In this document: piece by piece, positions 13,301 through 25,300 of the stretch | Layout of the letters: each line of letters opens with the position of its first letter | Numbering within the stretch: the stretch's first letter is position 1 | From: Haliotis rufescens | Taxonomy: Eukaryota | NCBI RefSeq assembly: GCF_023055435.1 | Contig: NW_025963780.1 | Span: 31,310,001 to 31,374,000 of the forward strand | Direction of reading: 5' to 3' | DNA: 64,000 nt | Translations under genes and position numbers: made by a program | Notes under the pieces: generated by a model | Told to the model about the DNA's origin: nothing | The model's input: the letters and a program-made list of their open reading frames with translations, nothing else | The model's database searches: none

Positions 13301-16300
13301 CATGCACATGTTGGGCCTCTTGTGAGACATGTCCAATCAATAAAGTTGAGTCATTCAAATTCGAAGTGAGATATGTCCACACAAGGACAACTGTGACATG
13401 TGCTCAGTCACAGATTTACACTGAGATGGGAGACATTGCCAGTGAGACATGTCCAATCCATACAGAACAGAGGGATCTTCTTACCCAATACATAGTGAGA
13501 TATGTCCACACAAGGACAACTGTGAGATGGTTCCCTCACTAGGCATTCAGTGAGATGTGTCCATCCTTAGACTTACAGTGAGATGTGTCCATACATAGAT
13601 TTACAGTGAGATATGTACATTTATTGATTTACAGTGAGATGTGTACCTCCCTAGACTTACAGTGAGATGTATCCATAAACAGACTTTGCATGCAATATGT
13701 CCATGCTCACTTATAACCTCCAATCTGTCAATGTGAAATATATAACTCAACCCTTAGACTACAGTAAACTTGTAAATTTGGACCGAGTGGCCAAACAACA
13801 AGCAAGGTGTGACTGACTTGTAATTCCATGCAGTAATCACCTGAGGGAGGGGGCAACACGCCCACTCTCCATTCACTCGTTTACAACAGGTGTTGTTTCC
13901 AGGACAGAAATGGTTGGGGTCACACATCACATCCTTCACTTTCCTTACTGCTGGACGTTTGTTGAGCCAGGGAACAGACACACCCCCTGCTTTATTACAT
14001 TTGCCATGTGGCATGTCACATGTGGTCCCATTGGGACAGCAGTGGGCGCCATCGGAGCAGCACACAGCCTGGGAAAGGGAAGCATTCAATTAGGACTCTC
14101 TTGTCTCGGGTTGATTTGATACCAGAGGACTGGCTTGGAGTGAATAATGCTCAATATTGCATCAGTAATTTGGCTGCAAATAGCAGCATGTGCTGTCTCT
14201 AGGAATTGTGCACATTCTTCATAAAATCAAACATCTCAATTCAAATAAGGCAATATTAAGCTGCTTCAAAGTAATCAAGTAAAGGCAGTCAGCTCAAGAC
14301 AGATCCACCAAACATCAGAGTAACATCAGAGTGAGACAACAGTCTCAAAGTGGTCGGCCATCGTATAGCAGGTGCTTCTGTCAGGGTAGAAGTTCACACT
14401 GGCAGTGATACTGTCAACACATGACATGCTAGACACAGACACAGCCGTCAGACTAACCTGAGGCATAGGACAGCATCCCCACTGGTGGTTGGCCATCATA
14501 CAGCAGGTGTCCCCGTTCACACACTCATGTGTGGCATCACACTGGATGTCACCAATGTCCTTCCTAATGGCTGATGTCTTCTCCATCCATGCTGTAACCA
14601 CGTCCCCCTTACGACATGTTTTAGTGACCAAGTCACAGGTATTACCCTCAGGACAACAGTGGGTGTGGTCAGAACAGCATACGGCCTACCAGATAATATA
14701 CATGAACATCACTTTTTACGTACATATGTCATATTTAAATATTCCATAGCATCATGTTCATGCATATTTGCAGCCTTTTCTGTGACATACATCTATTCAT
14801 GTATTAACGCTACAGAGTGATGTGTGCAGAAATCTTTGGCCTACTCACATATTTTGATCATGCAGATACATTGCCTCCATTGGTATGTGGTCTTGGACAT
14901 TCCTGGCCTCCATTGAAATAAGGTAATGCATGCATATGTTAGGCCTCTAGTGAGACATGTCCAATCCATGGTGAACAGTGGTATCTTCTTCCAAAATCAG
15001 AGTGAGATATGTCCACACAAGGACAACCGTGAGAAGCATTCATCACAAGACATTCAGTGAGATTTGTTTGTCCATAGATTTACAGTGAGATGTGTCCATC
15101 CATAGAATTACAGTGATATGTGTCCATCCATAGATTTACAGTGAGATGTGTCCATCCATAGATTTACAGAGAGATGTGTCCATCCATAGATTTACAGAGA
15201 GATGTGTCCATCCATAGATTTTCAGTGATATGTGTCCATCCATAGATTTACAGAGAGATGAGTCCATCCATAGATTTACAGTGAGATGTGTCCATCCATA
15301 GATTTACAGTGAGATGTGTCCATCCATAGATTTACAGTGAGATGGGTCCATACACAGACTTTGCATGCAATATGTCCGTGCTCTCTTATAACCTCCACTC
15401 TGTCAATATGAAATATATAACTAAATCCTATGACTACAGTAAAAATGTAAATTAGGACCGAGTGGCCAAACAACAAGCAAGGTGTGACTGGCTTGTAATT
15501 CCATGCAGTAATCACCTGAGGGAAGGGGCAACAGCCCCACTCTCCATTCACTCGTTTACAACAGGTGTTGTTTCCAGGACAGAAATGGTTGGGGTCACAC
15601 ATCACATCCTTCACTTTCCTTACAGCTGGACGTTTGTTGAGCCAGGGAACAGACACACCCCCTGCTTTATTACATTTGCCATGTGGCATGTCACATGTGG
15701 TCCCATTGGGACAGCAGTGGGCGCCATCGGAGCAGCACACAGCCTGGGAAAGGGAAGCATTTAATTACGACTCTCTTTTCTCTGGTGGATTTGATACCAG
15801 AGGACTGGCATCAAGTGAATAATGCTCAATATTGCATCAGTAATCTGGCAGCAAATAGCAGCATGTGCTGTCTCCTAGAAACTGTGCACATTCTTCATAA
15901 AATTAAACATCTCAATTCAAATTAGGCAATATTAAGCTGCTTCAAAGTAATCAAGTAAAGGCAGTCAGCTCAAGACAGATCCACCAAACATCAGAGTAAC
16001 ATCAGAGTGAGACAACAGTCTCAAAGTGGTCGGCCATTGTATAGCATGTGCTTCTGTTAGGGTAGAAGTTCATACTGGCAGTGGTGCTGCCAACACACGA
16101 CATGCTAGACACAGACACAGCCGTGAGACCAACCTGAGGCATAGGACAGCATCCCCACTGGTGGTTGGCCATCATACAGCAGGTGTCCCCGTTCACACAC
16201 TCATGTGTGGCATCACACTGGATGTCACCAACGTCCTTCCTAATGGCTGATGTCTTCTCCATCCACGCTGTAACCATGCCCCCCTTATCACATGTTTTAG

Positions 16301-19300
16301 TGACCAAGTCACAGGTATTACCCTCAGGACAACAGTGGACGTGGTCAGAACAGCATACGGCCTACCAGATAATATACATAAACATGACCTTATATGTACA
16401 TATTTCATATTTAAATATTCCATAGCATCATGTTCATGCATATTTGCAGCCTTTTCTGTGACGTATATCTATTCATGTATTAATGCTACAAAGTGATGTG
16501 TGCATATATCTTTGGCCTCCTGTGAGATTTGATCATGCAGAGACATTGCCTCCATCGGTATGTGGTCTTGGACATTCATGGCTTCCATTGAAATAAGGTA
16601 ATGCATGCATATGTTAGGCCTCTAGTGAGACATGTCGTATCCATACAGAACAGTGGGATCCTCTTCCAAAATCAGAGTGATATAAGTCCATACAAGGACA
16701 ACTGTGAGAAGCGTTCATCACTCGACATTCATGGAGATTTGTTTGTCCATCCATAGACTTACAGTGAGATGTGTCCATCCATAGATTTACAGTGAGAGGT
16801 GTACATACATGGACCTTGCATGCAATATGTCCATGCTCACTTATTACCTCCACTCTGTTAATATGAAATATATAACTCAAACCTAAGACTACAGTTAACT
16901 TGTAAATTAGGACCGAGCAGTCAAACAACATGCAAGGTGTGACTGACTTGTAATTCCATGCAGTAATCACCTGAGGGAGGGGGCAACACGCCCACTCTCC
17001 ATTCACTCGTTTACAACAGGTGTTGTTTCCAGGACAGAAGTGGCTGGGGTCACACATCACATCCTTCACTTTCCTTACAGCTGGACGTTTGTTGAGCCAG
17101 GGAACAGACACACCCCCTGCTTTATTACATTTGCCATGTGGCATGTCACATGTGGTCCCATTTGGACAGCAGTGGGCGCCATCGGAGCAGCACACAGCCT
17201 GGGAAAGGGAAGCATTCAATTAGGACTCTCTTGTCTTAGGTTGATTTGATACCAGAGGACTGGCATCGAGTGAATAATGCTCAATATTGCATCAGTAATT
17301 TGGCAGCAAATAGCAGCATGTGCTTTCTCCTAGGAACTGTGCACATTCTTCATAAAATTAAACATCTCAATTCAAATTAGGCAATATTAAGCTGATTGAA
17401 AGTAATCAAGTAAAGGCAGTCAACTCAAGACAGATCCACCAAACATCAGAGTAACATCAGAGTGAGACAACAGTCTCAAAGTGGTCTGCCATCATATAGC
17501 AGGTGCTTCTGTCAGGGTAGAAGTTCACACTGGCAGTGGTACTGCCAACACAAGACATGCTAGACACAGACACAGCCGTCAGACTAACCTGAGGCATAGG
17601 ACAGCATCCCCACTGGTGGTTGGCCATCATACAGCAGGTGTCCCCGTTCACACACTCATGTGTGGCATCACACTGGATGTCACCAACGTCCTTCCTAATG
17701 GCTGATGTCTTCTCCATCCACGCTGTAACCATGCCCCCCTTACGACATGTTTTAGAGACCAAGTCACAGGTATTACCCTCAGGACAACAGTGGGTGTGGT
17801 CAGAACAGCATACGGCCTACCAGATAATATACATAAACATGATTTTATATGTACATATTTCATACTTAAATATCCATAGCATCATGTTCATGCATATTCG
17901 CAGCCTTTTCTGTGATGTATATCTATTCATGTATTAATGCTACAGAGTGATGTGTGCATATATCTTTAGGCTCCTTTGAGATTTGATCATGCAGATACAT
18001 TGCCTCCATCAGTATGTTGTCTTTGAACATTCATGGCCTCCGGTGAAATAAGGTAATACATGCATATGTTAGGCCTCTAGTGAGACATGTCCAATCTATA
18101 CAGAACAGTGGGGTCTTCTTCCAGAATCAGAGTGAGATATGTCCACACAAGGACAACCGTGAGAAGCGTTCATCACAAGACATTCAGAGGGATTTGTTTG
18201 TCCATAGACTTACAGTGACATGTGTCCATCCATAGATTTACAGTGAGATGTGTCCATCCATAGACTTTGCATGCAATATGTCCATGCTCACTTATAACCT
18301 CCAATCTGTCAATATGAAATATATCTCAACCCTTAGGCTACAGTAAACTTGTAAATTAGGACCGAGTGGTCAAACAACATGCAAGGTGTGACTGGCTTGT
18401 AATTCCATGCAGTAATCACCTGAGGGAAGGGGCAACAGCCCCACTCTCCATTCACTCGTTTACAACAGGTGTTGTTTCCAGGACAGAAATGATTGGGGTC
18501 ACACATCACATCCTTCACTTTCCTTACAGCTGGACGTTTGTTGAGCCAGGGAACAGACACACCCCCTGGTTTATTACATTTGCCATGTGGCATGTCACAT
18601 GTGGTCCCATTGGGACAGCAGTGGGCGCCATCGGAGCAGCACACAGCCTGGGAAAGGGAAGCATTTACTTAGGACTCTCTTTTCTCTGGTGGATTTGATA
18701 CCAGAGGACTGGCTTGAAGTGAATAATGCTGCATTTTGCATAACAGTAGCATGTGCTGTCTCCTAGAAATTGTGCACATTCTTCATAAAAAATCATCTCA
18801 ATTCAAATTAGGCAATATTAAGCTGATTGAAAGTAATCAAGTAAAGGCAGTCAGCTCCAGACAGATCCACCAAACATCAGAGTAACATCAGAGTGAGACA
18901 ATAGTCTCAAAGTGGTCGGCCATCGTACAACAGGTGCTTCTGTCAGGGTAGAAGTTCACACTGGCAGTGGTACTGCCAACACATGACATGCTAGACACAG
19001 ACACAGCCGTCAGACTAACCTGAGGCATAGGACAGCATCCCCACTGCTGGTTGGCCATCATACAGCAGGTGTCCCCGTTCACACACTCATGTGTGGCATC
19101 ACACTGGATGTCACCAACGTCCTTCCTAATGGCTGATATCTTCTCCATCCATGCTGTAACCACGCCCCCCTTACGACATGTTTTAGTGACCAAGTCACAG
19201 GTATTACCCTCAGGACAACAGTGGGCGTGGTCAGAACAGCATATGGCCTACCAAATAATATACATAAACATCACTTTTTACGTACATATGTCATATTTAA

Positions 19301-22300
19301 ATATTCCATAGGACCATGTCCATGCATATTTGCAGCCTTTTCTGTGACATACATCTATTCATATATTAACATTACAGAGTGATGTGTGCAGAAATCTTTG
19401 GCCTACTCACATATTTTGATCATGCAGATACATTGCCTCCATTGGTATGTGGTCTTGGACATTCCTGGCCTCCATTGAAATAAGGTAATACATGCATATG
19501 TTAGGCCTCTAGTGAGACATGTCCAATCCATGCTGAACAGTGGTATATTCTTCCAAAATTCGAGTGAGATATGTCCACACAAGGACAACCGTGAGAAGCG
19601 TTCATCACAAGACATTCAGTGAGATTTGTTTGTCCATAGATTTACAGTGAGATGTGTCCATCCATAGAATTACAGTGATATGTGTCCATCCATAGATTTA
19701 CAGTGAGATGTGTCCATCCATAGATTTACAGAGAGATGTGTCAATCCATAGATTTACAGTGATATGTGTCCATCCATAGATTTACAGTGATATGTGTCCA
19801 TCCATAGATTTACAGTGAGATGTGTCCATCCATAGATTTACAGTGAGATGAGTCCATCCATAGATTTACAGTGAGATGTGTCCATCCATAGATTTACAGT
19901 GAGATGTGTCTATCCATAGACTTTGCATGCAATATGTCCATGCTCACTTATAACCTCCAATCTGTCAATATGAAATATATAACTCAACCCTAAGACTACA
20001 GTAAACTTGTAAATTAGGACCGAGTGGCCAAACAACATGCAAGGTGTGACTGGCTTGTAATTCCATGCAGTAATCACCTGAGGGAAGGGGCAACAGCCCC
20101 ACTCTCCATTCACTCGTTTACAACAGGTGTTGTTTCCAGGACAGAAATGGCTGGGGTCACACATCACATCCTTCACTTTCCTTACAGCTGGACGTTTGTT
20201 GAGCCAGGGAACAGACACACCCCCTGCTTTATTACATTTGCCATGTGGCATGTCACATGTGGTCCCATTGGGACAGCAGTGGGCGCCATCGGAGCAGCAC
20301 ACAGCCTGGGAAAGGGAAGCATTTACTTAGGACTCTCTTTTCTCTGGTGGATTTGATACGAGAGGACTGGCTTGAAGTGAATAATGCTGCATTTTGCATA
20401 ACAGAAGCATGTGGTGTCTCCTAGAAATTGTGCACATTCTTCATAAAAAATAATCTCAATTCAAATTAGGCAATATTAAGCTGCTTGAAAGTAATCAAGT
20501 AAAGGCAGTCAGCTCAAGACAGATCCACCAAACATCAGAGTAACATCAGAGTGAGACAATAGTCTCAAAGTGGTCGGCAATCGTACAACAGGTGCTTCTG
20601 TCAGGGTAGAAGTTCATACTGGCAGTGGTACTGCCAACACATGACATGCTAGACACAGACACAGCCGTCAGACTAACCTGAGGCATAGGACAGCATCCCC
20701 ACTGGTGGTTGGCCATCATACAGCAGGTGTCCCCGTTCACACACTCATGTGTGGCATCACACTGGATGTCACCAACGTCCTTCCTAATGGCTGATGTCTT
20801 CTCCATCCACGCTGTAACCATGCCCCCCTTACGACATGTTTTAGTGACCAAGTCACAGGTATTACCCTCAGGACAACAGTGGGTGTGGTCAGAACAGCAT
20901 ACGGCCTACCAGATAATATACATAAACATGATTTTATATGTACATATTTCATATTTAAATATTCCATAGCATCATGTTCATGCATATTCGCAGCCTTTTC
21001 TGTGACGTATATCTATTCATGTATTAATGCTACAGAGTGATGTGTGCATATATCTTTGGGCTCCTGTGAAATTTGATCATGCAGATACATTGCCTCCATC
21101 GGTATGTGGTCTTGGACATTCATGGCCTCCAGTGATTAGGTAATACATGCATATGTTAGGCCTCTAGTGAGACATGTCCAATCCATACAGTTGAGTCTTT
21201 TTCCAATTTCGAAGTGAGATATGTCCACACAAGGACAACCGTGAGAAGCGTTCATCACAAGACATTCAGAGAGATTTGGTTGTCCATAGACTTACAGTGA
21301 CATGTGTCCATCCATAGATTTACAGTGAAACAGTAGATTTACAGTGAGATGTTTCCATCCATAGACTTTGCATGCAATATGTCCATGCTCACTTATAACC
21401 TCCAATCTGTCAATGTGAAATATATAACTCAACCCTAAGACTACAGTAAACTTGTAAATTTGGACCGAGTGGCCAAACAACATGCAAGGTGTGACTGGCT
21501 TGTAATTCCATGCAGTAATCACCTGAGGGAGGGGGCAACACGCCCACTCTCCATTCACTCGTTTACAACAGGTGTTGTTTCCAGGACAGAAATGGTTGGG
21601 GTCACACATCACATCCTTCACTTTCCTTACAGCTGGACGTTTGTTGAGCCAGGGAACAGACACACCCCCTGCTTTATTACATTTGCCATGTGGCATGTCA
21701 CATGTGGTCCCATTGGGACAGCAGTGGGCGCCATCGGAGCAGCACACAGCCTGGGAAAGGGAAGCATTCAATTAGGACTCTCTTGTCTTGGGTTGATCTG
21801 ATACCAGAGGACTGGCATCGAGTGAATTATGCTCAATATAGCATCAGTAATTTGGCAGCAAACAGAAGCATGTGCTGTCTCCTAGGAATTGTGCACATTC
21901 TTCATAAAATCAAACATCTCAATTCAAATTAGGCAATATTAAGCTGCTTGAAAGTAATCAAGTAAAGGCAGTCAGCTCAAGACAGATCCACCAAACATCA
22001 GAGTAACATCAGAGTGAGACAATAGTCTCAAAGTGGTCGGCCATCGTATAGCAGGTGGTTCTGTTAGGGTAGAAGTTCATACTGGCAGTGGTGCTGCCAA
22101 CACACGACATGCTAGACACAGACACAGCCATCAGACTAACCTGAGGCATAGGACAGCATCCCCACTGGTGGTTGGCCATCATACAGCAGGTGTCCCCGTT
22201 CACACACTCATGTGTGGCATCACACTGGATGTCACCAACGTCCTTCCTAATGGCTGATGTCTTCTCCATCCATGCTGTAAGCACGTCCCCCATACGACAT

Positions 22301-25300
22301 GTTTTAGTGACCAAGTCACAGGTATTACCCTCAGGACAACAGTGGGTGTGGTCAGAACAGCATACGGCCTACCAGATAATGTACATAAAGATAACTACAT
22401 CTTTGGTACAATGAGACATGTCAAAGCATAACCCTCAATGACATACATCCATTAACCCTGTACCCTACATTGTGATATGCTCATTCAGTTCCACAGCAAG
22501 ACAGTAACTGGAACAAAAATTTGAAGACTGTAAATGGAAGTCTCCAAGCAAACTGTAATCCATCTTCCCGAGGAAAGAGAGTTAACTGACTTTAAAAGTC
22601 CAGTTTCCACCCTTGCCGAACTAGGCTGGAATTACTGGTCTCCACCAGTGGCTATTACCTGCTATGTCCCTTCTAAGCCTCTCATATGGACCAATCAGAT
22701 TTCATCTCTTGTATCACTTGCGTTTGCTTCACACAAAATGGTGCCGCCTGGTCAGGACGATCTGATCGCTAATCAAGATCTATATTGTGATAAAACGGGT
22801 CTTACATCGCGAAATGCATCAAATCACGTGAGCACCTTGATTAAAAACATGAAAAGATTTGGATAATATCTGCTGACAATGAGTTGGCGGTGCACATGCT
22901 TTGCAAATCTTGCAATCGACCGAAATATGCACGACATTTAACGAACTGGATTTCGATTTCGGTGCGCGATTTTGATTGGGCTATGCATAGACTCGTTAGT
23001 CCAGCCAAAATGTAACTCAATAATACCAGCCTAGTTCGGCAGGGGTTTGAAACTGGACTTTTATAGTCAGTTAACTCACTTGCCTCAGGAAGATGACTGT
23101 AATCTGTAGCATGCTGTAGCCTTGTTTGAGATATGCAAGGACATGTACAGTGAGATAAGTTCAGTTGTAACCACAGTGAGACATGTCCATAAATCTTGGT
23201 AGGAATTTGAATTCATAAGGAACAAATGCAGTGAATCCAAATACTGTAAATCTTGATATTAACGCGAGTGTGAATTAAATGCGAAAAATGTGAGTGGTCG
23301 CATTATTAAACATCACATTTATATCAACAATAAGACATTTTGGATGGCAGAAATACCAATTTAGACATATGCTGAAAACAAACAAATTTGTATTCCACAT
23401 CACTGTTTATTGAGCAGCACTTGTTACAAGTATATAAACAATGTCATTCAAACACTAATTACATCCTGGGAATTGTCACTGCTGGGGTCAAGACAAGAGT
23501 TCTACTCACTTATGTCATCACTAATCACACCTGCAAGTCCAGACAGACGCCACCCACGCAACACGGTGTCTTTGATCTTTGCGACTGCATCAAAGGCTGA
23601 CACGAGCCAGCACGCATCTATTGTTTAAGCGGAATTACTCGACTCAGCGCTAATAAGCGGTGCTGATTTGTGTGTGATTGGATTAATGTAAGGTTGGATT
23701 AAGGTGAGGATTCTCCTGTAAACCTGACAGAGGACATTTGCTTTAAATATAAATCCACTGATGCTTGAGAGGAGGGGGGTGTCACATTCATATTGAGTCA
23801 CATTTTTGGCAAGCGGGCAGCGGTCGCATTCTTTTGGAGACACATTAATTTCATGATTTACAATTACAGTATACAAGCAAACTGCAGCCAAGTTCAATCT
23901 GTAGCCTTATGTTGGATATGCCCAAGACAATCTGTACAGCCTAATAGATGATCAAAGCATAGATACTGCCCTCCAGTGAGACATGATCATTCATTACTAC
24001 AGTGAGACCATAAATACATGTATTGTTAGCCCTGAGTGACATTTAAATTCAAATCTGTCGCTTGCAGTGCACATCTGGCACAATTCAATCTGCAGCTTGT
24101 GAGAGATATGTCCATGCAAATCTATAACCTATAGTGAAATAGTTACTAGCATATTGGAAGTCTACGGTATTATGTGTAGCAGTGAGTGAGTGAGTTGGGT
24201 TTAATGCCGCTTTTAACATTATTACAGTTATATCGCGGCGTGTCAGCTTAATGTGGGAGGAAAGCCTGAAGTGATGCAGGTCTCAGACGTTTACCACTTC
24301 GGTGAAACCACGAGCACGGGTATGGCGCTGACAAATCTAGAAACATAAATGGGGCGAACCAGGATTCGAACCTATAATCATAGGTTTCTGGCGTGCCCAA
24401 GGGACGCAACTCTGCACAGCGAATCGCAGAGCCTTAGACAGCTGGGCCACCCGTGCCCTCCATAAGATGTAGCAGGATCACAAGGGTGACATGGGGTTTT
24501 ATACCATGAGCCATGTACTCCCTCGTGATCCTGCTACAACTAATTAATCTTGCCCACATGTTTTAATCTGACATTGTAAAAGAATAAACACAAATTCAAA
24601 ATTGACACAAAACACCTGTTCTTTTGAGCTGAGGTTAACTTGTGCTATGTCATGTGACTTCCATTGACTCTGAAAAAGAGTGTAGCTTTTTGCTTTGAAG
24701 GGGGTATAAGGGATTTATTCTGCCTCTCAGAAATCCAAGTGGAGCATTTATTGCTCATGGCGGGATATAAGAGATTTATTCTCCCGCTGAGAAATTACCC
24801 TCCAAGGTGTGTCATAGTATTTTATCAAAATAATGTGGACCAATCAGATCATCTCATTTTGACATAGAGGTATGATAATGAGATGTGTACCCATGTTATT
24901 GAGCCTCAGTAACAGTAATTGACCTGTGCGAGAAACGTCCACTCTTATGTGTAATCTACAGTGAGATATGTCCATGCATGTCTGTAAAATAGTTAAGATA
25001 ATCAAACTACAACTTCTTGCTTTAAAAGCTGAACTTCCTGCTTTTCCTTGACATGATTCAACTATCGAAGATATAATTTCTTGTTTGCCCACCACAGAGC
25101 TTCAGAGTGTTTAAAAGGTACAAGTAGAATGTATTATTTGTTAACAACAGGCCTTCATGACAACACTGAAAATACTATATCTATATTTTTGGCATGTAAC
25201 ATCAACAGCAGGACAAGTGACTTCAAACATAGGGAGGACTGTTTGACTATAGGAAACAAAGGATGCAAAAATACCATGCTGGACTCTATAACAAGGGTAT

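Noticed and set aside
9176-22414. Recurrent plus-strand ORFs (MVKQHARCDW..., MAIIQQVSPF..., MLFPGQKW...)
   Set aside because: They are antisense shadows of granulin exons, repeated only because the DNA is duplicated.
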